IMG/VR virus record: IMGVR_UViG_3300038701_000231
Span: 1-32,307 of that record
DNA from: a virus
Length of the DNA stretch: 32,307 bases
Strand: one strand, 5' to 3'
Notes under the pieces: model-generated
The model's database searches: none
Told to the model about the DNA's origin: nothing
What the model saw: the letters and a program-made list of their open reading frames with translations, nothing else
Program-made: the position numbers and the translations under genes
Part shown: positions 21,769 to 29,936 of the stretch, piece by piece
Position numbering within the stretch: position 1 is the stretch's first letter
Layout of the letters: each line of letters begins with the position of its first letter

Positions 21769-24055
21769 TTTGTACGTATATTATTTTAGAACTATAATCA
21801 CTATAAACAACCTGAACACCTAAATTATAAGTAAAACTATTGTCATCTACTTTTAATGTGTAGCTTGTTGATGTCGTGTCGTCTATTAAGTTACCCTCTA
21901 TGTAAATATTGTATTCTACCGCACCTGCAACTGCATCCCAATTTAAATCAACATCTGGGTTTGTAGCGTTTGTGGCTGTTAAACCTGTAACTGTTGGTGC
22001 TTGTGGATTAATACCAGTTGCTGCCAATAGTTCCTGCTCTAAGTCGTTAAACAACGTTAATTTACTTTCCTTTTTTAAGAAATTGGTTTTAATACTTTCT
22101 ATTTTCCATCTGCGGTTATTAATTATAAACGTGTCGTCTAGTTTGTACTTTAAAAGTACGTGCATAGGTAAATAAGCTGTGCAGACCATTTTCCTGCTCT
22201 GTGGGTTGTATATTCTTTGAATATAGTCTTTGTAGTACCTTGAGAATAAAGTGCTGTTTGGGTTAATCTGTTCGCCAGTCCACTCGTCTAATTCTAAACC
22301 GAAATGTAAACTAACTTGCCCAAATGAAAAAGGTAATAAGTTATTCACTGGTGCGTTGTAAGTACTTAACGCTACATCACTACTGCCATCGTTTATGTCT
22401 AATTGCCCTAATGTGTTTCTATTTTCAATCATAAAAACTAAAGGCTTGTTAACAAATGGGTTTTGGTCTTTGTCTACATAATACCCCCATTGTATTGGTG
22501 ATTTGTTTCCTGTATCTGTATAAATTAACCTTTCAAAATACATCTTCTCAAACCCTACCTTTATTTCGTACTTTCCAGCATCTTTGTCTATTGGGTTTCC
22601 ATCTAAGTAATCTAAGTTACCAAAGTCTGCACCTGTTTTAAAATCGTTTAAGGCTTCTGTTAGAAATGTCTTTTGTCCCTCGTAGGTCAATGAAATCTCT
22701 TTATACGGATAAAACTTCTCAATGCTTGTTTTCTTAACATCTACATACTTTGAAATTTCGTAGGTATTGTATTCGTTATAAAATAACGGTAAGTCCTCAA
22801 CTTGTACTATCTCGTCTAAACCATCTCTTTCTATAAAAGAAACTAGATTATGCATTTTAAATATGTCTTTTATGAAATCAAGCGTTTTAACCTTTGGCAT
22901 ATGTTGAGATATAACCAATGTATTCTCTAATCCTATCGAGCCTCTTTCATAATTAGCATCAGCAACTGCAACCCATTCATATATCTCAAAATTATAAAGT
23001 TCTTTTTCTATTAATAAAGTTTGAGTCATATTCAAAGTAGTGTCGGATTCTATTATAAAATCTAAATCCCATTGCCTCTGTCCGTTGCTTTCTAAAAAAC
23101 CAACTGTGAATACCGTAGTTGTTCCAGATACTTGTTCTTCTATTATTGTTTGGTTAGTGTTCCTATCTACTACCTTAGCAACGTATTCTTGTGCAGCACC
23201 TATTGTTACTTCCCATTCGATATAATACCTTACGCCCTCGATACCGTTATAATAAGTAACTAATCCATCGCTTATTAAGTCTTGGCTAGATGTTAATGGT
23301 AGATATGTGAAATCGTCTTGGTTGGTTATGGTTTGTGTAACTTCTTCTGCGTTTTTAAGTCCACCTTTGTTTTTATGCAACCATAAGTAAAGTTGGTTAA
23401 AATAAGAACTACCAAAGAAATTGTTACCAAATGTTAAACCATACTTTGTGCCTATTGCATCAAATATTTCTTTTATTCTTATGGCTGGTTTAAAGTCTGC
23501 ATAATTTGGTACGTTAGTAGTTCCAAACTCGTAAACACCATCAGCGTTACTTACATCAAAGTTCTTTGTGTGGCTTATAAAAGGATATTTAATAACACCA
23601 CTAAACAATTCATCTTCTATTCCTGTAATTTGTGTAGTCCCATCGTAAGCGTGGTTATAATCGCTTAAATCTAAATCTTCTAACTTGTCATCACCTATAA
23701 GGTCTTTTAATGTTACTGTATTACCGTAAAAAACCACTTTATACGAATAAGGTACATTGCTTTTTAAATCTACGCTATTTAATTGTATTTTGCCTATTTT
23801 ATAATCTACACCGTTTACCTTTAAGATTGCGTTTGTTCTTATTCTCGCATCGTATCCGTTAATTATATTATAGTTGTAGTAGTGCTTAAAGATTCTGTTG
23901 TTCTTCTTAGTGGCTGGTAAATTAAACTGTTGGCTAAAGGCTGTGTATATTTTGGTAATGTCCTTTAAGTCCTTTATTGAATCAGTAACAACAACGCTTT
24001 CATCTTCAAACAAATCTACCCTTTCATTTTCTATGTATAACTGTAACTGCTGCAT
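21761..24055 (-). CDS. Large tail structural protein with a C-terminal fibronectin-III-like domain (764 aa)
   Basis: Size and position. The C-terminus PTVTGLTATNATNPDVDLNWDAVAGAVEYNIYIEG is FN3-like. Confidence 0.5.
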   Translation of the reverse strand: MQQLQLYIENERVDLFEDESVVVTDSIKDLKDITKIYTAFSQQFNLPATKKNNRIFKHYYNYNIINGYDARIRTNAILKVNGVDYKIGKIQLNSVDLKSNVPYSYKVVFYGNTVTLKDLIGDDKLEDLDLSDYNHAYDGTTQITGIEDELFSGVIKYPFISHTKNFDVSNADGVYEFGTTNVPNYADFKPAIRIKEIFDAIGTKYGLTFGNNFFGSSYFNQLYLWLHKNKGGLKNAEEVTQTITNQDDFTYLPLTSSQDLISDGLVTYYNGIEGVRYYIEWEVTIGAAQEYVAKVVDRNTNQTIIEEQVSGTTTVFTVGFLESNGQRQWDLDFIIESDTTLNMTQTLLIEKELYNFEIYEWVAVADANYERGSIGLENTLVISQHMPKVKTLDFIKDIFKMHNLVSFIERDGLDEIVQVEDLPLFYNEYNTYEISKYVDVKKTSIEKFYPYKEISLTYEGQKTFLTEALNDFKTGADFGNLDYLDGNPIDKDAGKYEIKVGFEKMYFERLIYTDTGNKSPIQWGYYVDKDQNPFVNKPLVFMIENRNTLGQLDINDGSSDVALSTYNAPVNNLLPFSFGQVSLHFGLELDEWTGEQINPNSTLFSRYYKDYIQRIYNPQSRKMVCTAYLPMHVLLKYKLDDTFIINNRRWKIESIKTNFLKKESKLTLFNDLEQELLAATGINPQAPTVTGLTATNATNPDVDLNWDAVAGAVEYNIYIEGNLIDDTTSTSYTLKVDDNSFTYNLGVQVVYSDYSSKIIYVQND

Positions 24056-25131
24056 TAACGTAATGAATTAATTGTATCAAAAGCGAAATCGAAATCTATT
24101 GTGTAATTAATTAGCTTGTCGTTTAAGTGGGTTTTGTAATTGAAACTTGAAGAAGAAACGTTAATAGGTAAGGTAACGTTATCCATTTCGACCCATACTT
24201 CCTCACTCAATAACATTTGCTTAAACACCTCATTAAAAGCTTCAGGGTAATAACCGCTATTTATAGTTATTTTTTCTTTACCCATTTTGTTTAAGATACG
24301 ATACTGTCTGTCTATATTACTTTTGTATTCGTCTTTTTCAGTTGTTAGAGTTTCTCTGTTTGCTTTAAAAAACCATACATCTTGGTACGCACCGTATTTA
24401 TTTACAAAGGTTAGTTTATATGGTTTATATTTGCACTCGTCCACTTCAATAACATCTACAACCTGAACACCGTTTGAACTTGTAATATAAATCTTGTCTA
24501 TTCCGTTTAACTCGTAATCTCTAAAGAACTGCTCTAAACAAACACTATCTTCAAAAGTTCCACCATCATCTAAAACCCTCTGTTCGTAATCATCTGCACC
24601 GTTACTTACGTTTGATATGTATTGTATCTGTTCATCGCTCTCGTTAGAACTTGAAACGCTTGTAGTTGTTTCGTTACCCTCGTCATCTATAAAAGTAACC
24701 GATGTTACTAATTCGGTATCTATTGGTAAATGAAAACCATTGTCTGAATAAATATAAATAGCATCGTTAGATTGTAAAACCTCTTTGTCTTGGTTAGGTG
24801 TTTCATTGTAATAGTCATACCCATAAAAGGCTCGTGCCTGAATAACACTTCCTACTGTTGTTGAACCTGCCACGCTTGTAACTCTATAATTAACCCAAAC
24901 AACGTTGTCCGTTGGATATGTACCATCGAAATTGTTATCTATGTAATCTCTTATAAGTTCGCTAATCTCAAACTCAGCTACCTCATCTATTGCCGTTGCT
25001 ATTAAAGTATAGGTAGGTGTGGTAAGTGTCGCTACTTGCGTTCCTGTGTATATGTATATATCTAACTGGCTGTATAGTAAACCACTTGTATTGTCTGTTA
25101 TTTTATAAGGGCTTCTTATGTTTATTTTCAT
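24055..25131 (-). CDS. Tail structural protein (358 aa)
   Basis: 1-nt stop/start overlap with the 764-aa gene. No family recognised. Confidence 0.45.
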   Translation of the reverse strand: MKINIRSPYKITDNTSGLLYSQLDIYIYTGTQVATLTTPTYTLIATAIDEVAEFEISELIRDYIDNNFDGTYPTDNVVWVNYRVTSVAGSTTVGSVIQARAFYGYDYYNETPNQDKEVLQSNDAIYIYSDNGFHLPIDTELVTSVTFIDDEGNETTTSVSSSNESDEQIQYISNVSNGADDYEQRVLDDGGTFEDSVCLEQFFRDYELNGIDKIYITSSNGVQVVDVIEVDECKYKPYKLTFVNKYGAYQDVWFFKANRETLTTEKDEYKSNIDRQYRILNKMGKEKITINSGYYPEAFNEVFKQMLLSEEVWVEMDNVTLPINVSSSSFNYKTHLNDKLINYTIDFDFAFDTINSLR

Positions 25132-25631
25132 TTCTCTATGTTAACTTGTATTTGTTTTTCTAGTCCTATTGAGTAAGCCTCAACTAAATCATCTGGCAAA
25201 CGTTTAAATGCTGCTGTAAATGGTTTGGTAAAAAACATACTAGGCTTTATACCTTTTTTGTAAATGCTTCGTGCAATAGCATACTGTAAACCCTTTCTTG
25301 ATTTAAACTTTCCCTTATCTCTTGGTGCTATTCCTTTTCTTACTATCCACTTGTCAAATGCTTTTGGTGGTGGCATCTTGTTAGTGTATTTATAAGGCGT
25401 GTTATATTTTTTTTCCGTTCCACTTACACCCCTGTCCTGAAACTTGCCATAATCAGCCATATTAAAGCCCAAAGATGCACCGTTTGTCCTTTCTGTTATA
25501 TCGTATCCTAAACTGTTGTAAAGTTCCTTAGAAGCGTTCTTTTTGCCTTTAGTTAGATTACTTCTTGATTGCTGAATAACATACTTTGCAAACTTGTTTA
25601 GTTCATCTCTTAAATACTTGTCGGCTAACAT
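25128..25631 (-). CDS. Possible head-tail joining protein, HK97 gp10-like (167 aa)
   Basis: The N-terminus LNKFAKYVIQQSRSNLTKGKKNASKELYNSLGYD resembles gp10-family openings. Weak call. Confidence 0.3.
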   Translation of the reverse strand: MLADKYLRDELNKFAKYVIQQSRSNLTKGKKNASKELYNSLGYDITERTNGASLGFNMADYGKFQDRGVSGTEKKYNTPYKYTNKMPPPKAFDKWIVRKGIAPRDKGKFKSRKGLQYAIARSIYKKGIKPSMFFTKPFTAAFKRLPDDLVEAYSIGLEKQIQVNIEK

Positions 25632-26089
25632 ATGCTAATGTCATTTTTAACCAATACATCAAACGTTGCCGCCCAACCTGCTAATCTATTCTCAAACCTT
25701 TCATAAAAAGGCTCTAATGTTGCATCACCATCTAATTGATATTGGTCCGAATAAAGTGTACCTTTCCTTAACACCATAACCAACTTATTAAGAACTGCTA
25801 ACTGTGTGTTTAAGACATCGTGTTCGTTATTATTTCCTCTGAATATATCTTCTGTTATCTCTTTGCTCTCGTCAACTATATCCATCGCTAAAACACTTAT
25901 ATTAAACGTTAGTGTTTGCTCTTGGGTTGTAACGTTGTTTATGATTATATGGCTCAAAGGAAATATAGATTGTTTAGATAAATCTATGTCGTATATATCA
26001 CCTGTTGTTACTGTGTTTACGTTTACGTCTGCTAATAGCTGATTCTTTATTGTTTCGGTTAGTAAGTAAAACCCTCTTATTCCTGTCAT
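25625..26089 (-). CDS. Possible tail completion/terminator-like protein (154 aa)
   Basis: Position and size only. Confidence 0.25.
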   Translation of the reverse strand: MTGIRGFYLLTETIKNQLLADVNVNTVTTGDIYDIDLSKQSIFPLSHIIINNVTTQEQTLTFNISVLAMDIVDESKEITEDIFRGNNNEHDVLNTQLAVLNKLVMVLRKGTLYSDQYQLDGDATLEPFYERFENRLAGWAATFDVLVKNDISIC

Positions 26090-26807
26090 TTCTTAAATTT
26101 GCTTTTTATTTGTCGTGCCTCTAATTCGTTTTTTTCTTTTGTGTACGTCAGAAACGTTAAACACTCGTGCAACCCTAATTTAGTGATATGTTCAAATTTT
26201 GTAATATCCCCTTGAGATAATCCATAGATTGAATTGTACCACCCCCATTTGGCTGTGAAGCCAGATATTCCGCTAAGTTCCTCTCGTTCTTGCTGTCCAA
26301 AGAGTTCATCATAGCTATCGATAAGTCCTTCCCTAAACTGTAAAAAAAAACAACAGCACCGAATACCGCATCTAATGGAAAGTCTTTTGCTACATCGCTT
26401 GTGTTTGGGTCGTATTCTTTTATAGTGTACCTATTGCCTCTTTTTAATTCAATAGGTCTGTATAGTACATTCATTGCCCTATGCAGATTAGCATTATCCG
26501 AAATAAAAGTATCTAAGTCCACATACTCGCCGAAAGTAATATCTTCTAAGTTTGGTATAAACCCATAGTCAACACCGTTTAATTTAAACGTATTTAACAA
26601 CTGATGCTTTGTGTTAAACATCTCATTAATGATATTTGATATTTCGATTATGTCCGTTGCTTTCATATTCCTAACAACTACTTCAGGCACTTTACAGAAT
26701 ATCTCAATCATTTTTAAATCACTAACCTCTTCTAGGTTTGCAAACTCTTGGTATTGTCCTAGTGTTATTTCGTTTAACGTTGTTGGTATGTTAAGGTTTA
26801 CTTTCAT
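26086..26807 (-). CDS. Predicted -1 frameshift product (155 aa + 85 aa = about 240 aa)
   Basis: After ...AVVFF the -1 frame reads LQFREGLIDSYDELFGQQEREELSGISGFTAKWGWYNSIYGLSQGDITKFEHITKLGLHECLTFLTYTKEKNELEARQIKSKFKK. It ends in a TGA that overlaps the next ATG (ATGA). Confidence 0.5.
26175..26807 (-). CDS. Tail-assembly-chaperone-like protein, zero-frame product (210 aa)
   Basis: Contains the slippery U UUU UUU site at codons 154-155. The late motif lies directly upstream. Confidence 0.5.
   Translation of the reverse strand: MKVNLNIPTTLNEITLGQYQEFANLEEVSDLKMIEIFCKVPEVVVRNMKATDIIEISNIINEMFNTKHQLLNTFKLNGVDYGFIPNLEDITFGEYVDLDTFISDNANLHRAMNVLYRPIELKRGNRYTIKEYDPNTSDVAKDFPLDAVFGAVVFFYSLGKDLSIAMMNSLDSKNERNLAEYLASQPNGGGTIQSMDYLKGILQNLNISLN
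26343..26349 (-). other. Slippery heptamer U UUU UUU (within the T9 run 26342..26350)
   Basis: Minus strand: GCT GTT GT-T TTT TTT-TAC, a canonical X XXY YYZ site. Confidence 0.55.
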
Positions 26808-26810
26808 ATT

Positions 26811-26827
26811 GCTTACTTATATATAAA
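26811..26827 (-). promoter_or_regulatory. Late-motif copy 2 (TTTATATATAAGTAAGC)
   Basis: The minus strand reads AATTTATATATAAGTAAGC-AAT-ATG. Confidence 0.4.
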
Positions 26828-26842
26828 TTTTTTTTATTATTT

Positions 26843-28051
26843 TTAGTGAACTGCATATCTTCCACGATTAGGATTTTGTAACTGATAACCTACCGCATAC
26901 CTAACCGCATCAATTAAGTGATTGTATTTGTCAATAGGTGTATTTGATTTGCGTTCTAACCAGCAATAGTTATTTAACTCTTTTATTAGATTAATACTAT
27001 CCTCACTTACTACTAAATCATAGTCTTGTAATAAACTAATCCCATAAGTTACACTACCTTGCCCTTTTATTGATGGCTGTATGTTACACCCTTTAGATTT
27101 TATTTCTGTTATTAGTCTAGGCTCTGCACTATCTGCAACTATTAAACCATCTTTTGCGTGTTTAAGGTTTAACTCTGCTATTTGTGATGTTGTTAGTTTA
27201 GGTAAGTAAACACATTCTTTTAGGTAGATTGTTTTTGTACTCGTGTCTATGTTTGTTTCTATTAATGTCGTTGGGTCTGATGCAAAACCATAATCTTGTC
27301 CCCATACACTTACGCCTTTACGTTTAAACTCGCCAATAGTCCAGTTTTCAAATATAACACCCTCTGCTTTGTTTAACCAAGCACCTAATATCTGGTGTTT
27401 GTATTTTTCTGGGCGTCTTAGCTTCATACTTTCTATTTGTTGTATGTAGCTTTCTGATAGGTTGTCTAGGTTGTCTAAATAAGTAGTGTGTATGTATGTT
27501 GTGTTGTCTTTAGTTGTGTTCGTTCCCTCTTGTATTCCTCTGTCCTCAAAAAAACGTTTGTATATAAAATGTTCTTTTGTTGTTGGGTTTAATATCATTA
27601 TAACCCTGTTATGCTTTCCTTGTTGTCGTACAGATAAATCTATTGTATCAAACTTTTGCTCGTCTGTTAGTTCCTCTGCTTCATCTAGTACCCAAGTTGT
27701 AATGCCTTGTAGTGACTTAAGATTGGCTGTCTGGTCACCGCTCGATGTCTTAATACCTCTAAAGATTATCTTACTTCCCGTTAGCTTATTTATTATCTCG
27801 TCTTTTGTTATATAAAAGTCCTGTGTTCTACCAAACAACTCTAACTTCTCTAAGAACTCTGGTATAATAGAAATATAAGCTGAGGTTAAAGTGTACCTAG
27901 TAAACAGAATAGTATGGCCAGCTTCATAGGTTAGCTTAACTAAAAGGGCGTTTACTGAAAATGATTTTCCAGAGCCACGCCCACCACTAACTATAAAATA
28001 CCTACTATCTTCGCTTATTAAAGATTTGTATTTCTTGTCTAATGTTATCAA
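26843..28051 (-). CDS. terL: Terminase large subunit (402 aa)
   Basis: Walker A GGRGSGKS, Walker B WVLDEAEE, and nuclease-domain acidic motifs (GQDYGFASDPT, ADSAEPR, HLIDAVRYA). TTG start overlaps the terS stop (TTGA). Confidence 0.9.
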   Translation of the reverse strand: MITLDKKYKSLISEDSRYFIVSGGRGSGKSFSVNALLVKLTYEAGHTILFTRYTLTSAYISIIPEFLEKLELFGRTQDFYITKDEIINKLTGSKIIFRGIKTSSGDQTANLKSLQGITTWVLDEAEELTDEQKFDTIDLSVRQQGKHNRVIMILNPTTKEHFIYKRFFEDRGIQEGTNTTKDNTTYIHTTYLDNLDNLSESYIQQIESMKLRRPEKYKHQILGAWLNKAEGVIFENWTIGEFKRKGVSVWGQDYGFASDPTTLIETNIDTSTKTIYLKECVYLPKLTTSQIAELNLKHAKDGLIVADSAEPRLITEIKSKGCNIQPSIKGQGSVTYGISLLQDYDLVVSEDSINLIKELNNYCWLERKSNTPIDKYNHLIDAVRYAVGYQLQNPNRGRYAVH

Positions 28052-28308
28052 TTAAATCTTAATATGTCTTTAAAGTCTATGTTAATACCCTCGCTAGAAC
28101 TAATATCTACACTTTCTTTTGGCTTACCATAACGGTAGTTAAAGTAAAGCTGTACTGCTCTCATATTACCTTTAGAAACTAGCTCACCTAATTTTGTTAT
28201 AGCTTCGTCTTTGTCTATTATAGCATCTAGCCTTTCAATTAGTTTTTGTTCCTGTGCTTTTGGTTTACGTCCTGCACCCTCTCTTTTGCCTCCGTGATTT
28301 TCACTCAT
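28048..28308 (-). CDS. terS: Terminase small subunit candidate (86 aa)
   Basis: Lies immediately upstream of and overlapping terL. The basic N-terminus GGKREGAGRKPK is typical of small DNA-packaging proteins. Confidence 0.5.
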   Translation of the reverse strand: MSENHGGKREGAGRKPKAQEQKLIERLDAIIDKDEAITKLGELVSKGNMRAVQLYFNYRYGKPKESVDISSSEGINIDFKDILRFN

Positions 28309-28328
28309 AATTAATATCTTGATAAAAC

Positions 28329-28340
28329 TTGAATATTCAA
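28329..28340. promoter_or_regulatory. Perfect 12-bp palindrome TTGAATATTCAA upstream of terS
   Basis: Direct reading. Lies between late-motif copy 1 and the terS start. Confidence 0.35.
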
Positions 28341-28356
28341 CCTACTAATATATAAA
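28341..28356 (-). promoter_or_regulatory. Late-motif copy 1 (TTTATATATTAGTAGG)
   Basis: The minus strand reads AGTTTATATATTAGTAGG, 32 nt before the terS ATG. Confidence 0.4.
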
Positions 28357-28371
28357 CTTATTTAATTTTTT

Positions 28372-28614
28372 TTAATCACATTCTATTCTATAATATAGAT
28401 TGTTGTTTAAGGGTGTGTATTCTGTTTCTTCTTCGCATCCTACATCGTACCTGTCCTGTATAACATAACTACTTATAAGGTTTATAAGTCCATTAGGTTG
28501 CTGTACTACTGTACTTGTTAATTCATATATTGCTCTTTGGCAATTACAATCTTCTACCTGCACATCATCTTTTGAGCAGGAAACTAACAATAATAATAAT
28601 AATAATTTTTTCAT
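28372..28614 (-). CDS. Predicted lipoprotein (80 aa)
   Basis: MKKLLLLLLLVS-C-SKDD gives a signal peptide plus lipobox. Four further Cys residues are present. Confidence 0.7.
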   Translation of the reverse strand: MKKLLLLLLLVSCSKDDVQVEDCNCQRAIYELTSTVVQQPNGLINLISSYVIQDRYDVGCEEETEYTPLNNNLYYRIECD

Positions 28615-28633
28615 AGTAATTCAATTATTTGTT

Positions 28634-28819
28634 TCATAATTTTTCTATTTCTTGTTTTACTTCCATCCAATACAGCTTCGTTTTAACACAATAAGGGTCT
28701 GGTGTTATTTCCCAGTATTCCATTACATTGTTTAAAATCTCATCAACACAAATTAATGCTAATGATGGTATATTGTGAAATCTTTTAAATAAATCCTTTG
28801 CTTTTTGTTTTGGTGTCAT
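28634..28819 (-). CDS. Hypothetical protein (61 aa)
   Basis: ATG ORF. Confidence 0.55.
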   Translation of the reverse strand: MTPKQKAKDLFKRFHNIPSLALICVDEILNNVMEYWEITPDPYCVKTKLYWMEVKQEIEKL

Positions 28820-28856
28820 AATTCCGTTTTTATGGCATAATGCCGATTATTCCTTT

Positions 28857-29357
28857 TTAATAGCTTAAAAATGGGTTTTTGTGTTTTCTGATTAGTTCAG
28901 CACCTACTACTTTATTTTCCTCAATAACCTTTATACGTTTATCATAATGCTTTATATATTTTTCTAAAAAGTCTTTTAATGGTTTAGTATTCCAATCCAT
29001 CATTATTTTTGTTGCTTCTTGTAATAGTTCCACATTGTAGTTATCTGCTTTTTTCTTTAATATCTCTGGAATTGCTTTAACATAAATTAAGTCTATATCT
29101 AGTTTGTTATCTGATATGATTTTGTTATATATTAATTTGTCCTTGCGTTCTATACTGTTTATTGTTTCGCAATGAAAATAAGCTAAATCGTGATTTGAAT
29201 TAAATACATCTGCAATAGCCTGATAAGTGTAACCTAACTCTCTGCCTAATTTACAAAAAACTTTTTTAGCATATACTTTTTTTCTTTTGCGTGTCGTATC
29301 GCAGATGTCTAAGTCAAATGCTGTGTTTACTTCTTCTTTTAATTGTTCTAATGTCAT
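28857..29357 (-). CDS. DnaA C-terminal (domain IV)-like HTH DNA-binding protein (166 aa)
   Basis: TRKRKKVYAKKVFCKLGRELGYTYQAIADVFNSNHDLAYFHCETI parallels the DnaA_C pattern R..v.aR.va.yL.r.l...s...Ig..f.r.Hstv.ha...i. Confidence 0.45.
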   Translation of the reverse strand: MTLEQLKEEVNTAFDLDICDTTRKRKKVYAKKVFCKLGRELGYTYQAIADVFNSNHDLAYFHCETINSIERKDKLIYNKIISDNKLDIDLIYVKAIPEILKKKADNYNVELLQEATKIMMDWNTKPLKDFLEKYIKHYDKRIKVIEENKVVGAELIRKHKNPFLSY

Positions 29358-29358
29358 C

Positions 29359-29727
29359 TTAGTCTATTTTAGTAAATGTTATATCTTGTTCTTGGTTTAT
29401 CGTTTCTCGTTCCTCAAAGTACTTATCAACTAAAGAATCAATAGTTACTAGTTCATCTACTGTTGCTGTTTTGATTTTATGTATTAATGAATCTATTTTA
29501 TTTAATACATTAGTGCAGAACTCCGGATTGTTATAGTAAACATTCTTAAAACCATCTTTGTATATGTCTTCTAATAGTTTGCTAGTCTTAGTAACTTGGT
29601 ACTTTACATTCTGTTTAAATGCTTTACTTCCTTGTAGTTCATCGTTAGCTTCTAATAATAACTGAGATATTAATACGCACTTTAGGTAGTTTAAGTGTCT
29701 GTCTGTTATTTGTTCATCTCGTTCCAT
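29359..29727 (-). CDS. Hypothetical protein (122 aa)
   Basis: ATG ORF. Confidence 0.55.
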   Translation of the reverse strand: MERDEQITDRHLNYLKCVLISQLLLEANDELQGSKAFKQNVKYQVTKTSKLLEDIYKDGFKNVYYNNPEFCTNVLNKIDSLIHKIKTATVDELVTIDSLVDKYFEERETINQEQDITFTKID

Positions 29728-29933
29728 TCTTCTTGTTTTTGTTGTAAATAGTTTATTTCTCTTGTTATATAGTCTAAAGCCTTTCTAAGGTCTTTTAATT
29801 CATCGTTTTTCTTTCCTGCTCTTACCACGTATTTAACAATATTTCCTCTGTTAAAATTAAGCTCGTAGTCTTTGCAGATGTCTATAACGTCATAATCCTG
29901 TCCGTTATCGTAGTGTAGTTGTGTTGCTCTCAT
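29706..29933 (-). CDS. DUF3310-family phage protein (75 aa)
   Basis: HY...DVIDI...F..GNIVKYVVRAGKK...DLRKALDYI matches the DUF3310 signature. Confidence 0.6.
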   Translation of the reverse strand: MRATQLHYDNGQDYDVIDICKDYELNFNRGNIVKYVVRAGKKNDELKDLRKALDYITREINYLQQKQEEWNEMNK

Positions 29934-29936
29934 TTT

